This document shows, in pieces, positions 34,768 through 43,890 of a DNA stretch of 64,000 nt. Source of the stretch: Alphaproteobacteria bacterium (GTDB lineage: Bacteria; Pseudomonadota; Alphaproteobacteria; UBA8366; Aestuariispiraceae). Position numbers and translations under genes: made by a program. The notes under the pieces are model-generated. The model had not been told where the DNA came from. It made no database searches and was given only the letters and a program-made list of their open reading frames with translations. Numbering within the stretch: position 1 is the first letter of the stretch; every line of letters begins with the position of its first letter. The stretch covers positions 32,535-96,534 of the forward strand of contig JASJDC010000006.1 of the NCBI GenBank assembly GCA_030065235.1, written 5' to 3'.

Positions 34768-36138
34768 ATGACTGACCCCGCATGCGCCGCCGTGATTCTC
34801 GCCGCCGGCTTGGGCACGCGGATGCGCGCGCCGCTGCCCAAGGCGTTGCAGACGGTCGGCGGCCTACCCATGCTGAAGCATGTTCAGGCCTCTGTGAGCA
34901 GCTTGGCGCCGGCGCTGGAGATCGTCGTCGTCGGCCCGGACATGCCGGCGCTGCGACAGGCGACGGCCCCGGCGGTCTGCGTCGAACAGAGCGAAAGGCG
35001 GGGCACCGCCGATGCGGTGAAATCGGCGCGCGAGGCCTTGGCCGATTTTCAGACCGGCTGCGTCTTCATCCTGTTTGGCGATTCGCCGTTCCTGCCATCC
35101 GCCGCCTTGCGGGAAATGGCCGAGGCGCAGGCGGCGGGGGCCGCTGTGGTCGTGCTGGGTTTCGACGCCCGGGACCCAACCAATTACGGCCGTTTGGTCC
35201 TGGACAAGACCGGCGCGCTCGACCGAATTGTCGAGGAGCGCGACGCGACCGCCGACGAGAAGGCGATTACGCTGTGCAACTCCGGCGTCATGGCGGTCGA
35301 CGCTGCGCATTTGTTTCCGCTGGTCGACCAAGTGCGCAACGACAACGCCAAGGGCGAATACTATCTGACCGATCTGGTCGCGTTGGCGCGGCAAGCCGGC
35401 CTGGACTGTCGGGCGATCCTGGCCGATGAAGCCGACCTGATGGGCGTTGACAGCAAGGCCGATCTGGCCGTCGCCGAGGCGCGGTTTCAGGACGGGCGGC
35501 GCGCGGCGGCGTTGGCGGCGGGCGTGACCCTGCGCGATCCGGCGACGGTCTGGTTCTCCTGGGACACGGCGTTGGCGCCGGGCTGCGAGATCGGCCGGAA
35601 CGTCGTCCTCGGGCCGGGCGTCTCGGTCGAAGAGGGCGCGGTGGTGCGGGACTTCTGCCATCTTGAGGGCGCGACTGTGCGGGCCGGCGCGGCCGTCGGC
35701 CCCTTCGCCCGGCTGCGCCCGGAGACCGAGATCGGGCCGGGCGCGCGGATCGGCAATTTCGTCGAGGTCAAGAACGCGCTTTTCGGCGAGGGGGCCAAGG
35801 CGAACCACCTGTCCTATATCGGTGACGCGTCGGTCGGTGCTGGCGCGAATGTCGGCGCGGGAACGATCACGTGCAATTATGACGGGGTGAACAAGGCGCG
35901 GACCGAGATCGGGGACAGCGCCTTCATCGGGTCCAACAGCGCGCTGATCGCGCCGATTTCGATCGGCGCAGGCGCAATTGTCGGCGCCGGGTCGACCCTG
36001 TCAAAGGATGTAAAGCCGGACGCGCTTGTTTCGACGCGGGCGCCGGTGTGGGACACGGATGGCGGCGCAGCGCGGTTCCGGGAGAAAGCGACTCAAAAGA
36101 AAGCGGCTTCCACCGGCCAGAAAGGGAAACGCGACTGA
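34768..36138 (+). CDS. glmU: bifunctional UDP-N-acetylglucosamine diphosphorylase / glucosamine-1-phosphate N-acetyltransferase
   Basis: N-terminal AVILAAGLGTRM nucleotidyltransferase motif and C-terminal left-handed beta-helix hexapeptide repeats (IGNFVEVKNA..., IGSNSALIAPISIGAGAIVGAGS). Confidence 0.9.
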   Translation: MTDPACAAVILAAGLGTRMRAPLPKALQTVGGLPMLKHVQASVSSLAPALEIVVVGPDMPALRQATAPAVCVEQSERRGTADAVKSAREALADFQTGCVFILFGDSPFLPSAALREMAEAQAAGAAVVVLGFDARDPTNYGRLVLDKTGALDRIVEERDATADEKAITLCNSGVMAVDAAHLFPLVDQVRNDNAKGEYYLTDLVALARQAGLDCRAILADEADLMGVDSKADLAVAEARFQDGRRAAALAAGVTLRDPATVWFSWDTALAPGCEIGRNVVLGPGVSVEEGAVVRDFCHLEGATVRAGAAVGPFARLRPETEIGPGARIGNFVEVKNALFGEGAKANHLSYIGDASVGAGANVGAGTITCNYDGVNKARTEIGDSAFIGSNSALIAPISIGAGAIVGAGSTLSKDVKPDALVSTRAPVWDTDGGAARFREKATQKKAASTGQKGKRD

Positions 36139-36139
36139 C

Positions 36140-37969
36140 ATGTGCGGTATTGTAGGCATTCTGGGAACCGGGCCGGCGGCCCCGACCTTGCTGGAAGGTC
36201 TGAAACGGCTCGCCTATCGCGGCTACGACTCGGCTGGGATTGCGACCCTGGTGAATGGGTCGATCGATCGAAGACGCGCCGAGGGCAAGCTCGAGAATCT
36301 GGCGGCCGTGCTCGAGCGGGACCCGCTGCCCGGCATGACGGGCATCGGCCATACCCGCTGGGCGACCCATGGCGTGCCGTCTGAAAACAACGCGCATCCC
36401 CACATCTCGGACGGCGTCGCCATCGTCCATAACGGTATCATCGAAAATTTCCTGGAGTTGAGGGAAGAGTTGGGGGAGCGGGCCGACCGGATCTCGAGCG
36501 AGACCGACACGGAAATCGTCGCCCATGTCATCAACCAGCATCTCGAGGCGGGCCTGACGCCGGTTGAGGCGGTGGCCAAAACCCTGCCGCGCCTCGAAGG
36601 GGCCTTTGGCCTGGTGATGATCTTCAAAGGCCATAACGACCTGATGATCGGCGCGCGGCGCGGCTCGCCGCTGGCCATCGGCTATGGCGATGGTGAGATG
36701 TATTTCGGTTCCGACGCCTTGGCGCTCGCGCCCCTGACACGGCGCATCTGCTACCTTGAGGAAGGCGATTGGGCGGTGCTGACGCCGGAGGGCGCGCAGA
36801 TCTATGAGACCGACGGTGCGCCGGTGGAACGGCCGATCGTGCAGACCGCCGTCTCCGGCGCTTTGGTTGGTAAAGGCAACTACCACCACTTTATGCAGAA
36901 AGAGATTTTCGAGCAGCCGACGGTGATCGGCGACACGCTGGCCGGCGTTCTAAACCCCGCAGAGCAGACCATTACGTTGCCGCCGCTGCCGATCGATTTC
37001 GCCGCCGTGCCGCGTATCACGATCAGCGCCTGCGGCACCGCCTCTTATGCGGGGCAGGTCGCCAAATACTGGTTCGAGCAGGTGGCGCGGATCCCGGTCG
37101 AGGTCGATATCGCGTCCGAGTTCCGTTATCGCGCGGCGCCGCTGCCCGAAGGCGGATTGGCGCTGTTCATCAGCCAGTCGGGCGAGACCATGGATACGCT
37201 GGAGGCGCTGCGCTATTGTCGGCGCCAGGGTCAGGTCATCCTCTCCATCGTGAATGTGCCCGAGAGCACCATCGCCCGGGAATCCGACGCGGTGATCCTG
37301 ACCAAGGCGGGACCGGAAATCGGCGTCGCCTCAACCAAAGCCTTCACGACGCAACTCACGGTTCTGGCGGCCGTCGCCGTGTCGGCGGCCAAAGCGCGCG
37401 GCGCGATCGACCGGGCGCGCGAGGCGGAACTGGCGGTCGCCCTGGCGGAAACGCCGGGCCGCGCCGCCGAGGTCCTGAACCATGATGAAGCATTGCGCGA
37501 AATCGCCCAGACCTTGGCCAAGGCGCGCGACGTCTTCTATATGGGCCGCGGCGCCAGTTTTCCGATCGCCTTGGAAGGCGCGCTGAAGCTTAAGGAAATC
37601 TCTTATATCCATGCCGAAGGATACGCGGCCGGTGAGATGAAGCATGGCCCCATCGCGCTGATCGAAGACGACGTGCCGATCGTCATGATCGCCCCATCGG
37701 ACGCGCTGTTCGAGAAGACCGCCAGCAATGTCCAGGAAATGGTCGCCCGCGGCGGCAAGGTGATCTTCCTGTCCGACGCCGACGGGATAGCCCGCATGAA
37801 CCGCATGGCCGAACCCTTCGCCAGCATCGAACTCCCCAAGGTCGACCCGTTCACCGCCCCGTTGCTTTACACCATCCCCGTGCAGCTCCTCGCCTACCAC
37901 ACCGCGGTCCTCAAAGGCACCGACGTGGATCAACCCCGCAATCTCGCGAAGAGCGTGACGGTGGAGTAG
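36140..37969 (+). CDS. glmS: glutamine--fructose-6-phosphate aminotransferase
   Basis: Starts MCGIVGILG (Ntn Cys). Two SIS domains and the C-terminal ...DVDQPRNLAKSVTVE signature. ATG lies 2 nt after the glmU stop. Confidence 0.95.
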   Translation: MCGIVGILGTGPAAPTLLEGLKRLAYRGYDSAGIATLVNGSIDRRRAEGKLENLAAVLERDPLPGMTGIGHTRWATHGVPSENNAHPHISDGVAIVHNGIIENFLELREELGERADRISSETDTEIVAHVINQHLEAGLTPVEAVAKTLPRLEGAFGLVMIFKGHNDLMIGARRGSPLAIGYGDGEMYFGSDALALAPLTRRICYLEEGDWAVLTPEGAQIYETDGAPVERPIVQTAVSGALVGKGNYHHFMQKEIFEQPTVIGDTLAGVLNPAEQTITLPPLPIDFAAVPRITISACGTASYAGQVAKYWFEQVARIPVEVDIASEFRYRAAPLPEGGLALFISQSGETMDTLEALRYCRRQGQVILSIVNVPESTIARESDAVILTKAGPEIGVASTKAFTTQLTVLAAVAVSAAKARGAIDRAREAELAVALAETPGRAAEVLNHDEALREIAQTLAKARDVFYMGRGASFPIALEGALKLKEISYIHAEGYAAGEMKHGPIALIEDDVPIVMIAPSDALFEKTASNVQEMVARGGKVIFLSDADGIARMNRMAEPFASIELPKVDPFTAPLLYTIPVQLLAYHTAVLKGTDVDQPRNLAKSVTVE

Positions 37970-38021
37970 GCGGCGCAGCCTTTTGTCCGGTGCGCGAACT
38001 CCGCAAGCCTTCTGGCCGATT

Positions 38022-38090
38022 CGTCGCCCCGGACTTGATCCGGGGCCCATGGCGCTGCCAGATGGTCGCCGGATCAAGTCCGGCGTGACG
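38022..38090. repeat. nested palindromic element (two inverted about 29-nt arms, each itself a hairpin); REP/MITE-like or terminator for glmS
   Basis: Left arm cgtcgccccggacttgatccggggcccat (38022-38050). Right arm agatggtcgccggatcaagtccggcgtgacg (38060-38090). The arms are reverse complements apart from four positions. Each contains its own hairpin (CCCCGGA-cttga-TCCGGGG and GCCGGA-tcaag-TCCGGC). Confidence 0.6.
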
Positions 38091-38259
38091 GACGTGAGCA
38101 GCGCGCCGGCTGTCTTCAAGTTGGGTAATGGGCTTCAAGCCGTTGCGAACCAATGAAGCCTGTCCTGCAAATCTTGCTAGGCCAGTAGTGTCGATTGGTC
38201 CGGTCATTGTGGCCCGTCGTAGTTGAGCTTGAATACAGAACAATGGAGCTAGGTTCCTC

Positions 38260-38787
38260 ATGCGCCCGCTTGTTTCCGTTCTGGCCGCCGCCTTTTTACT
38301 AGCGGCCTTCCCCGCCCACGCCGAAATCCGGGTAACCTTCGCTGAGGGCGCGCCAAAAGACCGGTTTACGGTCACGAATGCGGGGGCCTGCGCGTTGGGG
38401 CCGGCGGTGGTGAGCATTGATCTCGATGGCTCGGCGGGCGGCTTGATTTTTGATACGACGCCGGGCGGGGCGGGCTTGTCGGTGTTTCAGCCCTTCGAAC
38501 TTGTCGCCGGCGCCGAGCGGATTGCGTCGGTCAGTCCGGTTTCGGATGGGGGCAAGCGGATCGACTTGAGTTTCCGCACGCTGCTGCCGAACGAGAGCGC
38601 CGCCTTCACCATCGATGTCGATGACACGCTGCGCGACGGGCCGATGGGACAGACGATGGTGGCGGGGTCGGAGATCGAGGGCGCGTCCGTCACGGTCCGC
38701 TTTGGGGCCGAGGTGGGGACCAGCGCCACGTCTTCCTTCACCGCGGACTCGACGGCGCGGCTGGCGATCTCGACCTGCCTCTCCTAA
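38260..38787 (+). CDS. secreted hypothetical protein
   Basis: Signal peptide MRPLVSVLAAAFLLAAFPAHA, a beta-rich sequence and two Cys residues. No recognisable family. Confidence 0.6.
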   Translation: MRPLVSVLAAAFLLAAFPAHAEIRVTFAEGAPKDRFTVTNAGACALGPAVVSIDLDGSAGGLIFDTTPGGAGLSVFQPFELVAGAERIASVSPVSDGGKRIDLSFRTLLPNESAAFTIDVDDTLRDGPMGQTMVAGSEIEGASVTVRFGAEVGTSATSSFTADSTARLAISTCLS

Positions 38788-39440
38788 GGCTCGCCGATCT
38801 CTTCATGAGCGATGACGGCGGCCTCCGAATGCGCCGCCTCTCGCCATTCCGCAAAATCCGGGTCGGCGAATAGCGTATCGCGATAGGCGGTCGCAATTGG
38901 GTCAAGCTTTACGCCATAGCTGTAGAACCGGCTGATCACCGGCGCGTAGAAAGCGTCGGCGATGCTGAATGGGCCGAACAGCCAGGGCCCATCCGCCGCG
39001 TGGCGTCCGCGACAGTCGCGCCAGATCTCCAGAACCCGGTCGATATCGGCCTGGACGTCCGGGCCGATCGTCAGGCGCCGATCTTCGGCTCGGATATTCA
39101 TTGGCAAAGCGGCGCGCAGGGCTTCGAAGCTCGAATGCATCTCGGCGGTCACGCTGCGGGCGCGCGCCCGTGTCATCGCGTCGGCGGGCCAGAGCGTTGG
39201 AACCTGCTCCGCGGCCCATTCGCAGATCGCCATCGTGTCCCAGATCGCCCAGCCATCCACCATCAAAACGGGGACACGCGCCGAACCGGAGAAGGACAAG
39301 AGCCGCGCGCGCGTATCCGCCGTATCGAGCCAAACCACTTCTTCTTCGAATGCGATCCCCGACTTGCGCAGCGCCAGCCACGGACGCAAGGACCAGGAAG
39401 AATAGTTCTTATTGCCAATGACGAGGGTTGGCGCCGCCAT
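38784..39440 (-). CDS. glutathione S-transferase family protein
   Basis: N-terminal thioredoxin-like GST fold (LVIGNKNYSSWSLRPWLALRKSGIAFEE) and a helical C-terminal domain. About 218 aa. Confidence 0.8.
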   Translation of the reverse strand: MAAPTLVIGNKNYSSWSLRPWLALRKSGIAFEEEVVWLDTADTRARLLSFSGSARVPVLMVDGWAIWDTMAICEWAAEQVPTLWPADAMTRARARSVTAEMHSSFEALRAALPMNIRAEDRRLTIGPDVQADIDRVLEIWRDCRGRHAADGPWLFGPFSIADAFYAPVISRFYSYGVKLDPIATAYRDTLFADPDFAEWREAAHSEAAVIAHEEIGEP

Positions 39441-39469
39441 TCTCTCACTCCTAATTCCAAACGCTCTTT

Positions 39470-41215
39470 CTACTCCGCGGCCTGCGCCGTACGCGCCTCC
39501 GGCAGTGTCTCTGATTTTGCATCTGGCAGAGCGAAAATCGCAATCTCTTCATCACGGCCGCGCAACGACACCGTATCGCGGTGGGACGGATCCGGCGCGT
39601 AGCCGGCGATCGAAATCGCGGTCTCGGACGCGACCAGCGGTCCTGGATAGGTCTTGGACAGCGCTTCTAGCCGCGCGGCGGTGTTCACACTGTCGCCGAT
39701 GGCGCTCATGATCTGCTTCTCGGGCGGTCCCATCGCGCCGACGATCGCTTCGCCATGATGCACGCCGATGCCGATCTCAAGCGGGAAGGGCAGCTCGCTG
39801 GTCAGAAGCTCGTTCAGCCGGTCCATATGGTCGAGCATCGCCTGGGCCCCGCGCAGCGCCTCCCGTGCGCCTTGCTCGGCAGTGCGCGTGTTCAGGCCAT
39901 AAATCGCCATCAGCCCGTCGCCGTTAAACTGCGCATAGTGCCCGTTCGTCTCGAACAGCGCCTGTGTCATTGAAGCGAAGAACTGGTTCAGGATGAACAG
40001 TACATCGTAAGGCAGTTTGGTCTCGCCCAGTTTGGTCGAGCCGCGCAGATCGATAAACAAGATCGTCACCGGCCGCTCGACGCCCTCCAACCCGCCGGCG
40101 CTGCGCCCGTCATCGGCGTTGGCGCGTGGCGGAAGCAGCGGCACGACGACGATATCGCTGGTCGGGCGGATCTGGCAGGCAAGACGCAGCCCGTCGGGCG
40201 CTTGGATCTTTGCCAGCGCCTTGCGTTCGATGTCGTTCGGTTCGATCAACGTCTCGGCGCCGGCGGCGACCCGCACCCGACAGGTTGTGCAGCGCCCGCG
40301 CCCGCCGCAGACCGCCGCGTGCGGCACGCCATGGCGGCGCAGCGTCTCCAACACTGTGGCCCCGGGGGTGACCGTCAGGCGCCGTCCGTCGGGCAGGCTG
40401 ACCGCTGCGCGCCGCTGCGCCCTCTGTAGTTGAACGCGCAGGAAGCGCAGCAGGAAGGGCGCGGCGACAAAGGCCGCCGCCATCCATGTCGCATTGTCGC
40501 CGAACGCCCTGACGATTTCCGCACCTTCCGGCGTCAGCCGCATCTCGATGAAGGCTTGCTCGAGAAATCCAGGATCCTGACTAAGGCGCACCGCTTCTGC
40601 GCCGGCCGAAACCACCCCGCCGAAGGCCGCCACCGGGATCGCCGTCGCCGCCGCCAGGAAACTGCGCGACCAGTCGGCGTAGCCTTGTTTGACGCGAAGC
40701 CAATAGTGCAGGCCCAGCACCCCATGCGCCCACAGGACCAACATCCCTAAGCCGGTCAGAACGCCTTCGACCGGCGCGACCACGAAATAGTAGGCGACGA
40801 TCCATTCATAGGTCGGGTTATAGCCTAACGACAATTGCGCGACGAAGGCGGTCGCTAAATGTGGGCTCAGCATCAGCGGGGCGGACAAGCCCAGGCCGAT
40901 CTGCGTGCCCTCCCACGTTGTCATCCGGTAAGAGGTTCGGCGGTAGACGGCGATCAAACCGTAGAGAATGTGATACGTGAAGGCGGCGACCAGCAGCCAG
41001 ACGCCGACGAGATTATTGAAGGGCGCCAAGAAGACCGGCCGCGCCGCATCCATCGCCGACAGGCTGATCAGGCCGGCGGCGTGATTCAGGAAATGGCAGA
41101 GTACGAAGAAGAACAGGTAGAGCCCCGAATAAAGCCGGAGCGCCGGGAGCGCGCCGCTGAAGCGCGCGCCCCAGGTCGGACTATCCGCTTGGACGCCTGT
41201 CGATTGTATCGCCAT
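39470..41215 (-). CDS. membrane-anchored class III adenylate/guanylate cyclase with internal 2Fe-2S ferredoxin domain
   Basis: N-terminal multi-helix His-rich membrane domain (HFLNH, YHILYG, WAHGVLGLHYW). Ferredoxin motif CGGRGRCTTCRV...LACQ. Cyclase core ILFIDLRGSTKL...FNGDGLMAIYG...GDSVNTAARLE. Start is either 41215 (ATG after GGAAAGG) or 41269. Confidence 0.8.
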   Translation of the reverse strand: MAIQSTGVQADSPTWGARFSGALPALRLYSGLYLFFFVLCHFLNHAAGLISLSAMDAARPVFLAPFNNLVGVWLLVAAFTYHILYGLIAVYRRTSYRMTTWEGTQIGLGLSAPLMLSPHLATAFVAQLSLGYNPTYEWIVAYYFVVAPVEGVLTGLGMLVLWAHGVLGLHYWLRVKQGYADWSRSFLAAATAIPVAAFGGVVSAGAEAVRLSQDPGFLEQAFIEMRLTPEGAEIVRAFGDNATWMAAAFVAAPFLLRFLRVQLQRAQRRAAVSLPDGRRLTVTPGATVLETLRRHGVPHAAVCGGRGRCTTCRVRVAAGAETLIEPNDIERKALAKIQAPDGLRLACQIRPTSDIVVVPLLPPRANADDGRSAGGLEGVERPVTILFIDLRGSTKLGETKLPYDVLFILNQFFASMTQALFETNGHYAQFNGDGLMAIYGLNTRTAEQGAREALRGAQAMLDHMDRLNELLTSELPFPLEIGIGVHHGEAIVGAMGPPEKQIMSAIGDSVNTAARLEALSKTYPGPLVASETAISIAGYAPDPSHRDTVSLRGRDEEIAIFALPDAKSETLPEARTAQAAE

Positions 41216-41235
41216 CTCGGTCGGGGCCTTTCCAA

Positions 41236-41715
41236 TCAGCCCGGCGCCGCGATCGCGTAGACGCGGCATTCGGACGTGGCGTCCAGTTCGAACAGATAAA
41301 CCGTATCGGCGACGGCCTGGTTCTTCGGATCGCGCAGATTGAAGCCGGTCGAGTCCGCGTAGCCGTAGCGGCGCGGCGCCGTTTCATCGGTGCCGATGGT
41401 GACGTAATACCGCCCCACGTCCTTCAGGTTGAACTCGCCATGGGCGCAGGCGGTGGATAGCGGCTGATCGATGCTGTTTCGCAGTGTCTCCGCCTCGACG
41501 AAGAAATTCACCGGCCGGGCCGAGCGGCGGAACTGCGGCGGTCGATTGCCGCCGGGCAGTAGAAGGGTGGGAAGCCGTCCCAGCGGAATGAATCTTTGTT
41601 CATTCTCCGATTGCGCCCGGGCCTTCCCACCGCCAACCGCGACCCAGGCCGGCGCGAACAGCCCGAAGGCGAGCAGAGCGACCACGGCGTGAATCGGCCA
41701 GCGGCGTCGGCTCAT
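41236..41715 (-). CDS. exported hypothetical protein (159 aa)
   Basis: ATG 41715 overlaps the ferredoxin stop (ATGA). Signal-like MSRRRWPIHAVVALLAFGLFAPAWVAV. No recognisable family. The listed longer ORF (to 42012) is out of frame with, and overlaps, the ferredoxin gene. Confidence 0.6.
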   Translation of the reverse strand: MSRRRWPIHAVVALLAFGLFAPAWVAVGGGKARAQSENEQRFIPLGRLPTLLLPGGNRPPQFRRSARPVNFFVEAETLRNSIDQPLSTACAHGEFNLKDVGRYYVTIGTDETAPRRYGYADSTGFNLRDPKNQAVADTVYLFELDATSECRVYAIAAPG

Positions 41716-42098
41716 GCGTCTATGTCCGTTTCCGGCAGGGGGAATTCCGCGGCCGCTTGATCCCCGCGCCCGTCCTCCAGCAAGTCCAAAATGCGCGTCA
41801 CGTCCTTTTCGTCCTTCGCGCCTATGATGAACGGCCCGGCCGGCACCAGCCGCATGGTCGGACCGAGATGGCATTTGCCCAGACAATGCACCCTTTCGAA
41901 ACCCAGCGGCATGTCGCGGGCCGCCCATTCCCGTTCGACGATGTCGGCGACTTCCCGCGCGCCGCGCCCGGCGCAAGACGGCGTCGCCGTTCCAGCGCGG
42001 AAATTCACGCACATACGCACCGCCCGATAGGCTTGCTTCGGGGCTGCTGGGTCGCGCGCTGCGTCCGCTGCAGGCTCTTTGCGATCATTTTCCGACAT
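41712..42098 (-). CDS. thioredoxin-like [2Fe-2S] ferredoxin domain protein
   Basis: Four-Cys pattern MCVNF...PSCAGRG...HCLGKCHLGP, plus the MRLVP...F element typical of the TRX-like ferredoxin family. Confidence 0.7.
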   Translation of the reverse strand: MSENDRKEPAADAARDPAAPKQAYRAVRMCVNFRAGTATPSCAGRGAREVADIVEREWAARDMPLGFERVHCLGKCHLGPTMRLVPAGPFIIGAKDEKDVTRILDLLEDGRGDQAAAEFPLPETDIDA

Positions 42099-42289
42099 TT
42101 AACGCTGCAGCCATCGAATTCCGCCGATGCTGAAATACACTTTGTTCGGACAGTTATGCCTGACTGGCCGCTTTCTGCGCAATCGGCGTGGCGCGGACGC
42201 CCGAACAGTCTATAGGGTGCATCGGCGGCCGAGGATTGGCGAGCCCCAAGGTCCGCCGCGTCACTGGAACAGTACGGAGAGGCGATTCC

Positions 42290-43666
42290 ATGAGCGACTA
42301 CGACTACGATCTCTTTGTCATTGGCGCCGGTTCGGGCGGAGTGCGCGCCGCGCGCATGTCCGCCGGCCTGGGCGCGAAGACGGCGGTGGCTGAGGACTGG
42401 AACCTCGGCGGCACCTGCGTGAATGTCGGCTGCGTGCCGAAGAAGCTGTTCGTCTACGCCTCGCATTTCGCCGAGGAGTTTCACGATGCGGGCGGGTTCG
42501 GCTGGACCGTCGAGGGCGCACGGTTGAACTGGAAGACCTTGCTCGAGAACAAGAACACAGAGATTGGCCGGCTGAACGGCGTCTATGAAAAGCTGCTGCA
42601 AAACGCCGGCGTCGAGCTGATTCGGGCGCGTGCGGTTGTGGTCGACGCCCATACGGTCGAGGCGGGCGGGGTCACATACACCGCTGAGCGTATCCTGGTC
42701 GCTGTCGGCGGCTGGCCCTCGGTCCCGGATATTCCGGGTAAAGAGCATGCGATCAGCTCGAACGAAGCCTTCTATCTGGAGGAATTGCCGAAACGCGCCA
42801 TCGTTGTCGGCGGTGGTTATATCGCGGTCGAATTCGCCGGCATTTTCAACGGGCTCGGCGTCGAGACCACCCAGCTTTATCGCGGCGAGCTGTTCCTGCG
42901 CGGCTTCGATCACGATGTGCGGGCGGTTTTGGCCGAAGAGATGCGCAAGAAGGGCGTGGATCTGCGGTTCAAGAGCAACATCGCAGCCATCGAGAAGACC
43001 GACGCGGGACTGGTCGCAACCTTGGAGGACGGGTCGACCTTGACCGCGGACCTGATCATGTATGCGACCGGGCGTCATCCGAACACCGCCGGTCTGGGCT
43101 TGGAGGACGCCGGCGTCGACCTGGCGCGCAACGGCGCTATCGTCGTGAACGAGGATTTCCAAAGCTCGGTTCCGTCGATCTATGCGTTGGGGGATGTGAT
43201 TGATCGGGTGGCGCTGACGCCGGTCGCCATCGCCGAGGCCATGGTTTTCGCGCACAACACCTATAATCAGGAAGCGCGAAAAATGGATTATCGCGACATA
43301 CCGACCGCGGTTTTCTCGCAGCCCGGCATCGGCACGGTCGGCCTGACAGAAGAGCAGGCGAGAGACGAGTATGGCGCGGTGGATGTCTACAAGACTTCCT
43401 TCCGGGCCCTGAAACACACATTGTCGGGATCGCAAGAGAAGACCTTCTACAAGCTGATCGTGGATCGCGCGACGGACCGGGTCGTCGGGTTCCACATGAT
43501 TGGCCCGGACGCCGGCGAGGTGACCCAGGCCATTGGCGTCGCGTTCAAGGCGGGCGCGAAAAAGGCCGATTTCGATCACACAATCGGCGTGCATCCGACC
43601 AGTGCGGAAGAGTTCGTCACGATGCGCAGCCCCGAACCCGAACCGCAGGCCCGCGCCGCCGAATAG
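42290..43666 (+). CDS. gor: glutathione-disulfide reductase
   Basis: FAD motif [16 protein letters not shown], redox-active disulfide [14 protein letters not shown]-terminal [15 protein letters not shown] 42290 follows GGAGAGG. Confidence 0.9.
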   Translation: MSDYDYDLFVIGAGSGGVRAARMSAGLGAKTAVAEDWNLGGTCVNVGCVPKKLFVYASHFAEEFHDAGGFGWTVEGARLNWKTLLENKNTEIGRLNGVYEKLLQNAGVELIRARAVVVDAHTVEAGGVTYTAERILVAVGGWPSVPDIPGKEHAISSNEAFYLEELPKRAIVVGGGYIAVEFAGIFNGLGVETTQLYRGELFLRGFDHDVRAVLAEEMRKKGVDLRFKSNIAAIEKTDAGLVATLEDGSTLTADLIMYATGRHPNTAGLGLEDAGVDLARNGAIVVNEDFQSSVPSIYALGDVIDRVALTPVAIAEAMVFAHNTYNQEARKMDYRDIPTAVFSQPGIGTVGLTEEQARDEYGAVDVYKTSFRALKHTLSGSQEKTFYKLIVDRATDRVVGFHMIGPDAGEVTQAIGVAFKAGAKKADFDHTIGVHPTSAEEFVTMRSPEPEPQARAAE

Positions 43667-43890
43667 CCCCGGGCGCGCGTCGTCGGCGATCTGGGTTCGC
43701 CGGCCTTCACACGCCGGAATGGACCGGAACGCTTTCGACCGATTTCCTGTGGAAAACCCCCGTCGAGGGGCGTATAGACATGCGTCCCCGGCTGGCGTTC
43801 AGGCGGGGACTTGTTTAACTGCGAGCTTTTTTGCGGAGCGTCGGGCGCCTCTTTGTGCATCCGAGGCGGCTCGAACTGGAGGATACGGCC

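Noticed and set aside
34579-36140. Looked for a glmS ribozyme or leader upstream of glmS
   Set aside because: glmS starts 2 nt after the glmU stop, so there is no leader. The region upstream of glmU shows no recognisable ribozyme core, and that ribozyme is mainly a Gram-positive feature.
42143-42207. TGTTCGG / CCGAACA inverted 7-mers in the gor-ferredoxin divergent region
   Set aside because: Only 7 bp, separated by about 50 nt. Expected by chance.
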